From the NCBI GenBank assembly GCA_964016885.1, contig OZ024742.1, forward strand, positions 349,122,001 to 349,186,000: a DNA stretch of 64,000 nt. Direction: 5' to 3'. This document shows positions 53,101-64,000 of the stretch, piece by piece. Under the pieces are notes generated by a model. That model made no database searches and was not told the DNA's origin. It saw only the letters and a program-made list of their open reading frames with translations. This stretch comes from Eledone cirrhosa. Its lineage: Eukaryota. The position numbers and the translations under genes were made by a program. How positions within the stretch are numbered: position 1 is the stretch's first letter; each line of letters opens with the position of its first letter.

Positions 53101-56100
53101 ATTTCAGTATCTAAGATATCTTTGGTGTGACTGTTATCACAGTTGTCTATTTCAGTACTAAGATATCTTTGGTGTAACTGTTATCACAGTTGTCTGTTAC
53201 AATAACTAAGATATCTTTGGTGTGACTGTTATCACAGTTGTCTATTTCAATATCTAAGATATCTTTGGTGTGACTGTTATCACAGTTGTCTATTTCAGTA
53301 TATAACTAAGATATCTTTGGTGTAACTGTTATCACAGTTATCTATTTCAATAACTGAGATATCTTTGGTGTAACTGTTATCACAGTTCTCTATTTCAGTA
53401 TCTAAGATATTTTTGGTGTGACTGTTATCACAGGTGTCTATTTCAGTATATAACTAAGATATCTTTGGTGTGACTGTTATCACAGTTCTCTATTTCAGTA
53501 TATAACTGAGATATCTTTGGTCTGACTGTTATCACAGGTGTCTAATTCAGTATATAACTAAGATATCTTTGGTGTAACTGTTATCACAGTTGTCTGTTAC
53601 AATATCTAAGATATCTTTGGTGTAACTGTTATCAAAGTTGTCTGTTACAATATCTAAGATATCTTTGGTGTAACTGTTATCACAGTTGTCTGTTACAATA
53701 TCTAAGATATCTTTGGTGTGACTGTTATCACAGTTGTCTGTTACAATAACTAAGATATTTTGGTGTAACTGTTATCACAGTTGTCTGTTACAATATCTAA
53801 GATATCTTTGGTGTAACTGTTATCACAGCTTTCTGTTACAATATCTAAGATATCTTTGGTGTAACTGTTATCACAGTTGTCTGTTACAATATCTAAGATA
53901 TCTTTGATGTAACTGTTATCACAGTTGTCTGTTACAATATCTAAGATATCTTTGGTGTGACTGTTATCACAGTTGTCTATTTCAATAACTAAGATCTCTT
54001 TGGTGTGACTGTTATCACAGTTGTCTATTTCAATAGCTAAGATATCTTTGGTGTAACTGTTATCACAGTTGTCTATTTCAATAACTAAGATATCTTTGGT
54101 GTGACTGTTATCACAGTTGTCTATTTCAATAGCTAAGATATCTTTGGTGTGACTATCATCACAGTTGTCTATTTCAGTATCTAAGATATCTTTGGTGTAA
54201 CTGTTATCACAGTTGTCTGTTTCAATAACTAAGATATCTTTGGTGTGACTGTTATCACAGTTGTCTATTTCAATAACTAAGATATCTTTGGTGTGACTGT
54301 TATCACAGTTGTCTATTTCAATAGCTAAGATATCTTTGGTGTAACTGTTATCACAGTTGTCTGTTACAATATCTAAGATATCTTTGGTGTAACTGTTATC
54401 ACAGTTGTCTATTTCAGTATCTAAGATATCTTTGGTGTAACTGTTATCACTGTTGTCTGTTACAATAACTAAGATATCTTTGGTGTAACTGTTATCACAG
54501 TTGTCTGTTACAATATCTAAGATATCTTTGGTGTAACTGTTATCACAGTTGTCTGTTACAATATCTAAGATATCTTTGGTGTGACTGTTATCACAGGTGT
54601 CTATTTCAATAACTAAGATATATTTGGTGTAACTGTTATCACAGTTGTCTATTTCAATAACTAAGATATCTTTGGTGTAACTGTTATCACAGTTGTCTAT
54701 TTCAATAACTAAGATATCTTTGGTGTGACTGTTATCACAGTTGTCTATTTCAGTATATAACTGAGATATTTTTGGTGTGACTGTTATCACAGTTGTCTAT
54801 TTCAATAACTAAGATATCTTTGGTGTGACTGTTATCACAGTTGTCAATTTCAGTATATAACTAAGATATCTTTGGTGTAACTGTTATCACAGTTGTCTGT
54901 TACAATATCTAAGATATCTTTGGTGTAACTGTTATCACAGTTGTCTATTTCAGTATCTAAGATATCTTTGGTGTAACTGTTATCACAGTTATATATTACA
55001 ATAACTAAGATATCTTTGGTGTAACTGTTATCACGGTTATCTATTTCAATAACTAAGATATCTTTGATGTAACTGTTATCACAGTTATCTATTTCAATAT
55101 CTAAGATATCTTTGGTGTGACTGTTATCACAGTTGTCTATTTCAGTATATAACTAAGATATCTTTGGTGTGACTGTTATCGCAGTTATCTATTTCAATAA
55201 CTAAGATATCTTTGGTGTAACTGTTATCACAGTTGTCTATTTCAATAACTAAGATATCTTTGGTGTGACTGTTATCACAGTTGTCTATTTCAATATCTAA
55301 GATATCTTTGTGTAACTGTTATCAGAGTTATCTATTTCAATAACTAAGATATCTTTGGTGTAACTGTTATCACAGTTGTCTATTTCAATAACTAAGATAT
55401 CTTTGGTATGACTGTTATCACAGATATCTATTTCAATAACTAAGATATCTTTGGTGTAACTGTTATCACAGTTATCTATTTCAATAACTAAGATATCTTT
55501 GGTGTGACTGTTATCACAGTTATCTATTTCAATAACTAAGATATCTTTGGTGTAACTGTTATCACAGTTATCTATTTCAATAACTAAGATATCTTTGGTG
55601 TAACTGTTATCACAGTTATCTATTTCAATAACTAAGATATCTTTGGTGTGACTGTTATCACAGGTGTCTATTTCAGTATCTAAGATATCTTTGGTGTAAC
55701 TGTTATCACAGTTGTCTATTTCAATAACTAAGATATCTTTGGTGTGACTGTTATCACAGTTGTCTATTTCAGTATCTAAGATATCTTTGGTGTAACTGTT
55801 ATCACAGTTGTCTATTTCAATAACTAAGATATCTTTGGTGTGACTGTTATCACAGTTGTCTATTTCAGTATCTAAGATATCTTTGGTGTAACTGTTATCA
55901 CAGTTGTCTATTTCAGTATCTTAGATATCTTTGGTGTGACAGTTATCACAGTTGTCTGTTACAATAACTAAGATATCTTTAGTGTGACTGTTATCACAGT
56001 TGTCTATTTCAGTATCTAAGATATATTTGGTGTAACTGTTATCACAGTTCTCTATTTCAGTATCTAAGATATCTTTGGTGTGACTGTTATCACAGTTGTC

Positions 56101-59100
56101 TATTTCAGTATATAACTAAGATATCTTTGGTGTAACTGTTATCACAGTTGTCTGTTACAATAACTAAGATATCTTTAGTGTGACTGTTATCACAGTTGTC
56201 TATTTCAGTATCTAAGATATATTTGGTGTAACTGTTATCACAGTTCTCTATTTCAGTATCTAAGATATCTTTGATGTAACTGTTATCACAGTTGTCTATT
56301 TCAGTATATAACTAACATATCTTTTGTGTAACTGTTATCACAGTTGTCTATTTCAATAACTAAGATATCTTTGGTGTGACTGTTATCACAGTTCTCTATT
56401 TCAGTATATAACTGAGATATCTTTGGTCTGACTGTTATCACAGGTGTCTATTTCAGTATATAACTAAGATATCTTTGGTGTGACTGTTATCACAGGTGTC
56501 TATTTCAATAACTAAGATATCTTTGGTGTAACTGTTATCACAGTTGTCTATTTCAGTATATAACTAAGATATCTTTTGTGTAACTGTTATCACAGTTGTC
56601 TATTTCAATAACTAAGATATCTTTGGTGTGACTGTTATCACAGGTGTCTATTTCAGTATATAACTAAGATATCTTTGGTGTAACTGTTATCACAGTTGTC
56701 TATTTCAGTATATAACTAAGATATCTTTGGTGTGACTGTTATCACAGTTCTCTATTTCAGTATATAACTAACATATCTTTGGTGTGACTGTTATCACAGG
56801 TGTCTATTTTAGTATATAACTAAGATATCTTTGGTGTGACTGTTATCACAGTTATCTATTTCAGTATATAACTAAGATATCTTTGGTGTAACTGTTATCA
56901 CAGTTGTCTATTTCAATAACTAAGATATCTTTGGTGTGACTGTTATCACGGTTGTCTATTTCAATAACTAAGATATCTTTGGTGTGACTGTTATCACAGT
57001 TATCTATTTCAGTATATAACTAAGATATCTTTGGTGTGACTGTTATCAGAGTTGTCTATTTCAATAACTAAGCTATCTTTGGTGTGACTGTTATCACAGT
57101 TGTCTATTTCAGTATATAACTAAGATATCTTTTGTGTGACTGTTATCACAGTTGTCTATTTCAGTATCTAAGATATCTTTGGTGTGAATGTTATCACAGT
57201 TGTCTATTTCAGTACTAAGATATCTTTGGTGTAACTGTTATCACAGTTGTCTATTTCAGAATATAACTAAGATATCTTTGGTGTAACTGTTATCACAGTT
57301 GTCTATTTCAGTATCTAAGATATCTTTGGTGTAACTGTTATCACAGTTGTCTATTTCAATAACTAAGATATCTTTGGTGTGACTGTTATCACAGTTGTCT
57401 ATTTCAGTATCTAAGATATCTTTGGTGTGACTGTTATCACAGTTACCTATTTCAATAACTAAGATATCTTTGGTGTAACTGTTATCACAGTTATCTATTT
57501 CAATAACTAAGATATCTTTGGTGTAACTGTTATCACAGTTATCTATTTCAATAACTACGATATCTTTGGTGTGACTCTTATCACAGGTGTCTATTTCAGT
57601 ATCTAAGATATCTTTGGTGTAACTGTTATCACAGTTGTCTGTTACAATAACTAAGATATCTTTGGTGTAACAGTTATCACAGTTGTCTATTTCAATAACT
57701 AAGATATCTTTGGTGTGACTGTTGTCACAGTTGTCTATTTCAATATCTAAGATATCTTTGGTGTGACTGTTATCACAGTTGTCTATTTCAGTATATAACT
57801 AAGATATCTTTGGTGTAACTGTTATCACAGTTGTCTGTTACAATAACTAAGATATCTTTGGTGTGACTGTTATCACAGTTGTCTATTTCAGTATCTAAGA
57901 TATCTTTGGTGTAACTGTTATCACAGTTGTCTATTTCAGTATCTAAGATATCTTTGGTGTGACTGTTATCACAGGTGTCTATTTCAGTTTATAATTATGA
58001 TATCTTTGGTGTAACTGTCATCACAGTTGTCTATTTCAATAACTAAGATATCTTTGGTGTGACTGTTATCACAGTTGTCTATTTCAATAACTAAGATATC
58101 TTTGGTGTGACTGTTATCACAGTTATCTATTTCAGTATATAACTAAGATATCTTTAGTGTGACTGTTATCACAGTTGTCTATTTCAATAACTAAGATATC
58201 TTTGGTGTAACTGTTATCACCGGTGTCTATTTCAATAACTAAGATATCTTTGGGGTGACTGTTATCACAGGTGTCTTTTTCAGTATATAACTAAGATATC
58301 TTTGGTGTAACTGTTATCACAGTTATCTATTTCAATAACTGAGATATCTTTGGTGTAACTGTTATCACAGTTCTCTATTTCAGTATCTAAGATATTTTTG
58401 GTGTGACCGTTATCACAGGTGTCTATTTCAGTATATAACTAAGATATCTTTGGTGTGACTGTTATCACAGTTCTCTATTTCAGTATATAACTGAGATATC
58501 TTTGGTCTGACTGTTATCACAGGTGTCTATTTTAGTATATAACTAAGATATCTTTGGTGTGACTGTTATCACAGTTGTCTATTTCAGTATATAACTAAGA
58601 TATCTTTGGTGTAACTGTTATCACAGTTGTCTATTTCAATAACTAAGATATCTTTGGTGTGACTGTTATCACAGGTGTCTATTTCAGTATATGACTAAGA
58701 TATCTTTGGTGTAACTGTTATCACAGTTGTCTATTTCAGTATATAACTAAGATATCTTTGGTGTGACTGTTATCACAGTTCTCTATTTCAGTATATAACT
58801 AAGATATCTTTGGTGTGACTGTTATCACAGGTGTCTATTTTAGTATATAACTAAGATATCTTTGGTGTGACTGTTATCACAGTTATCTATTTCAGTATAT
58901 AACTAAGATATCTTTGGTGTAACTGTTATCACAGTTGTCTATTTCAATAACTAAGATATCTTTGGTGTGACTGTTATCACAGTTGTCTATTTCAATAACT
59001 AAGATATCTTTGGTGTGACTGTTATCACAGTTATCTATTTCAGTATATAACTAAGATATCTTTGGTGTGACTGTTATCACAGTTGTCTATTTCAAGAACT

Positions 59101-62100
59101 AAGATATCTTTGGTGTGACTGTTATCACAGGTGTCTATTTCAGTATATAACTAAGATATCTTTGGTGTAACTCTTATCACAGTTGTCTATTTCAATATCT
59201 AAGATATCTTTGGTGTAACTGTTATCACAGTTGTCTATTTCAATAACTAAGATATCTTTGGTGTAACTGTTATCAGAGCTGTCTATTTCAGTATATAACT
59301 AAGATATCTTTGGGGTGACTGTTATCACAGTTATCTATTTCGATAACTAAGATATCTTTGGTGTAACTGTTATCACAGTTGTCTATTTCAGTATCTAAGA
59401 TATCTTTGGTGTAACTGTTATCACAGTTGTCTATTTCAATAACTAAGATATCTTTGGTGTGACTGTTATCACAGTTGTCTATTTCAGTATCTAAGATATC
59501 TTTGGTGTGACTGTTATCACAGTTATCTATTTCAATAACTAAGATATCTTTGGTGTAACTGTTATCACAGTTATCTATTTCAATAACTAAGATATCTTTG
59601 GTGTAACTGTTATCACAGTTATCTATTTCAATAACTACGATATCTTTGGTGTGACTCTTATCACAGGTGTCTATTTCAGTATCTAAGATATCTTTGGTGT
59701 AACTGTTATCACTGTTGTCTAATTCAATAACTAAGATATCTTTGGTGTGACTGTTATCACAGTTCTCTATTTCAGTATCTAAGATATCTTTGGTGTAACT
59801 GTTATCACAGTTGTCTATTTCAATAATCAAGATATCTTTGGTGTGACTGTTATCACAGTTGTCTATTTCAGTATATAACTAAGATATCTTTGGTGTAACT
59901 GTTATCACAGTTGTCTATTTCAGTATCTAAGATATCTTTGGTGTAACTGTTATCACAGTTGTCTATTTCAATAACTAAGATATCTTTGGTGTGACTGTTA
60001 TCACAGTTGTCTATTTCAGTATATAACTAAGATATCTTTGGTGTGACTGTTATCACAGTTGTCTATTTCAATAACTAAGATATCTTTGGTGTGACTGTTA
60101 TCACAGTTGTCTATTTCAGTATATAACTAAGATATCTTTGGTGTAACTGTTATCACAGTTGTCTATTTCAGTATCTAAGATATCTTTGGTGTAACTGTTA
60201 TCACAGTTGTCTATTTCAATAACTAAGATATCTTTGGTGTAACTGTTATCACATTTATCTATTTCAATAACTAAGATATCTTTGGTGTAACTGTTATCAC
60301 AGTTATCTATTTCAATAACTACGATATCTTTGGTGTGACTCTTATCACAGGTGTCTATTTCAGTATCTAAGATATCTTTGGTGTAACTGTTATCACAGTT
60401 GTCTGTTACAATAACTAAGATATCTTTGGTGTAACTGTTATCACAGTTGTCTATTTCAATAACTAAGATATCTTTGGTGTGACTGTTGTCACAGTTGTCT
60501 ATTTCAATATCTAAGATATCTTTGGTGTGACTGTTATCACAGTTGTCTATTTCAGTATATAACTAAGATATCTTTGGTGTAACTGTTATCACGGTTGTCT
60601 GTTACAATAACTAAGATATCTTTGGTGTGACTGTTATCACAGTTGTCTATTTCAGTATCTAAGATATCTTTGGTGTAACTGTTATCACAGTTGTCTATTT
60701 CAATATCTAAGATATCTTTGGTGTGACTGTTATCACAGGTGTCTATTTCAGTATATAATTATGATATCTTTGGTGTAACTGTTATCACAGTTGTCTATTT
60801 CAGTATCTAAGATATCTTTGGTGTAACTGTTATCACAGTTATGTATTTCAATAACTAAGATATCTTTGGTGTAACTGTTATCACAGTTATCTATTTCAAT
60901 AACTAAGATATCTTTGGTGTAACTGTTATCACAGTTATCTATTTCAATAACTACGATATCTTTGGTGTGACTCTTATCACAGGTGTCTATTTCAGTATCT
61001 AAGATATCTTTGGTGTAACTGTTATCACAGTTGTCTAATTCAATAACTAAGATATCTTTGGTGTGACTGTTATCACAGTTGTCTATTTCAGTATCTAAGA
61101 TATCTTTGGTGTAACTGTTATCACAGTTGTCTATTTCAATAATTAAGATATCTTTGGTGTGACTGTTATCACAGTTGTCTATTTCAGTATCTAAGATATC
61201 TTTGGTGTAACTGTTATCACAGTTGTCTTTTTCAATATCTAAGATATCTTTGGTGTGACTGTTATCACAGTTGTCTATTTCAGTATATAACTAAGATATC
61301 TTTGGTGTAACTGCTATCACAGTTGTCTGTTACAATAACTAAGATATTTTTGGTGTGACTGTTATCACAGTTGTCTATTTCAGTATCTAAGATATCTTTG
61401 CTGTAACTGTTATCACAGTTGTCTATTTCAATATCTAAGATATCTTTGGTGTGACTGTTATCACAGGTGTCTATTTCAGTATATAATTATGATATCTTTG
61501 GTGTAACTGTTATCACAGTGCTCAATTTCAGTATCTAAGATATCTTTGGTGTGACTGTTATCACAGGTGTCTATTTCAGTATATAACTAAGATATCTTTG
61601 GTGTGACTGTTATCACAGTTCTCTATTTCAGTATATAACTGAGATATCTTTGGTCTGACTTTTATCACAGGTGTCTATTTTAGTATATAACTAAGATATC
61701 TTTGGTGTGACTGTTATCACAGTTGTCTATTTCAGTATATAACTAAGATATATTTGGTGTAACTGTTATCACAGGTCTCTATTTCAATAACTAAGATATC
61801 TTTGGGGTGACTGTTATCACAGGTGTCTATTTCAGTATATAGCTAAGATATCTTTGGTGTAACTGTTATCACAGTTGTCTATTTCAGTATATAACTAAGA
61901 TATCTTTGGTGTGACTGTTATCACAGTTCTCTATTTCAGTATATAACTAAGATATCTTTGGTGTGACTGTTATCACAGGTGTCTATTTTAGTATATAACT
62001 AAGATATCTTTGGTGTGACTGTTATCACAGTTATCTATTTCAGTATATAACTAAGATATCTTTGGTATAACTGTTATCACAGTTGTCTATTTCAATAACT

Positions 62101-64000
62101 AAGATATCTTTGGTGTGACTGTTATCACAGTTGTCTATTTCAATAACTAAGATATCTTTGGTGTGACTGTTATCACAGTTATCTATTTCAGTATATAACT
62201 AAGATATCTTTGGTGTGACTGTTATCACAGTTGTCTATTTCAATAACTAAGATATCTTTGGTGTGACTGTTATCACAGGTGTCTATTTCACTATATAACT
62301 AAGATATCTTTGGTGTAACTGTTATCAAAGTTGTCTATTTCAATATCTAATATATCTTTGGTGTAACTGTTATCACAGTTGTCTATTTCAATATCTAAGA
62401 TATCTTTGGTGTAACTGTTATCACAGTTGTCTATTTCAGTATATAACTAAGTTATCTTTGGTGTAACTGTTATCAAAGTTGTCTATTTCAATAACTAAGA
62501 TATCTTTGGTGTGACTGTTATCACAGTTGTCTATTTCAGTATATAACTAAGATATCTTTGGTGTAACTGTTATCACAGTTGTCTATTTCAATATCTAAGA
62601 TATCTTTGGTGTAACTGTTATCACAGTTGTCTATTTCAGTATATAACTAAGATATCTTTGGTGTGACTGTTATCACAGTTGTCTATTTCAGTATCTAAGA
62701 TATCTTTGGTGTGACTGTTATCACAGTTGTCTATTTCAGTACTAAGATATCTTTGGTGTAACTGTTATCACAGTTGTCTGTTACAACAACTAAGATATCT
62801 TTGGTGTAACTGTTATCACAGTTGTCTATTTCAATAACTAAGATATCTTTGGTGTGACTGGTATCACAGTTGTCTATTTCAATATCTAAGATATCTTTGG
62901 GGTGACTGTTATCACAGTTGTCTATTTCAGTATATAACTAAGATATCTTTGGTGTAACTGTTATCACAGTTATCTATTTCAATAACTGAGATATCTTTGG
63001 TGTAACTGTTACCACAGCTGTCTAATTCAGTATATAACTAAGATATATTTGGGGTGACTGTTATCACAGTTATCTATTTCAATAACAAAGATATCTTTGG
63101 TGTAACTGTTATCACAGTTGTCTATTTCAGTATCTAAGATATCTTTGGTGTAACTGTTATCACAGTTGTCTATTTCAATAACTAAGATATCTTTGGTGTG
63201 ACTGTTATCACAGTTGTCTATTTCAGTATCTAAGATATCATTGGTGTGACTGTTATCACAGTTATCTATTGCAATAACTAAGATATCTTTGGTGTAACTG
63301 TTATCACAGTTATCTATTTCAATAACTAAGATATCTTTGGTGTAACTGTTATCACAGTTATCTATTTCAATAACTACGATATCTTTGGTGTGACTGTTAT
63401 CTCAGGTGTCTATTTCAGTATCTAAGATATCTTTGGTGTAACTGTTATCACAGTTGTCTATTTCAATAACTAAGATATCTTTGGTGTGACTATTATCACA
63501 GTTGTCTATTTCAGTATCTAAGTTATCTTTGGTGTAACTGTTATCACAGTTGTCTATTTCAATAATTAAGATATTTTTGGTGTGACTGTTATCACAGTTG
63601 TCTATTTCAGTATCTAAGATATCTTTGGTGTAACTGTTATCACAGTTGTCTATTTCAGTATATAACTATGATATCTTTGGTGTAACTGTTATCACAGTTC
63701 TCTATTTCAGTATCTAAGATATTTTTGGTGTGACTGTTATCACAGTTGTCTATTTCAGTATATAACTAAGATATCTTTGGTGTGACTGTTATCACAGTTC
63801 TCTATTTCAGTATATAACTGAGATATCTTTGGTCTGACTGTTATCACAGGTGTCTATTTTAGTATATAACTAAGATATCTTTGGTGTGACTGTTATCACA
63901 GTTGTCTATTTCAGTATATAACTAAGACATCTTTGGTGTAACTGTTATCACAGTTGTCTATTTCAATAACTAAGATATCTTTGGGGTGACCGTTATCACA
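44132..64000. repeat. Satellite array C, 48-bp unit (CTAAGATATCTTTGGTGTRACTGTTATCACAGTTGTCTATTTCAATAA) interspersed with a 52-bp variant (..TTCAGTATATAA), about 400 copies, runs off the window end
   Basis: Head-to-tail units; EcoRV site GATATC in most units. Confidence 0.98.

Noticed and set aside
53750-59830. ORFs (IEIDNCDNSHTKDILV)n
   Set aside because: Runs of 48-bp satellite units that lack the frame-shifting 52-bp variant; not genes

Overview
Repeat-saturated, AT-rich metazoan genomic DNA (SINE and microsatellite style suggests a cephalopod mollusc; this is an inference). No intact host gene is evident. About 47 kb is three satellite arrays: 31-bp (1-21390), 57/48-bp (26090-32212) and 48/52-bp (44132-end). 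The long ORFs in the track are read-through of repeats. Between the arrays lie tRNA-derived SINEs, decayed LINE fragments (CR1/L2/Jockey-like, R4/Dong-like, RTE, Tx1/L1-like) and two related Helitrons. The most interesting part is 35.0-42.0 kb: a dense cluster of short non-coding cassettes inserted in (TA)n. It holds at least 7 fold-back (inverted-duplicated) elements and 6-7 type I hammerhead ribozyme motifs from several sequence families, consistent with Penelope-like pLTR or retrozyme-type elements. Three motifs share a compensatory U3-A8 core (UUGAAAA), and one inverted arm starts 1 nt from the predicted self-cleavage site.
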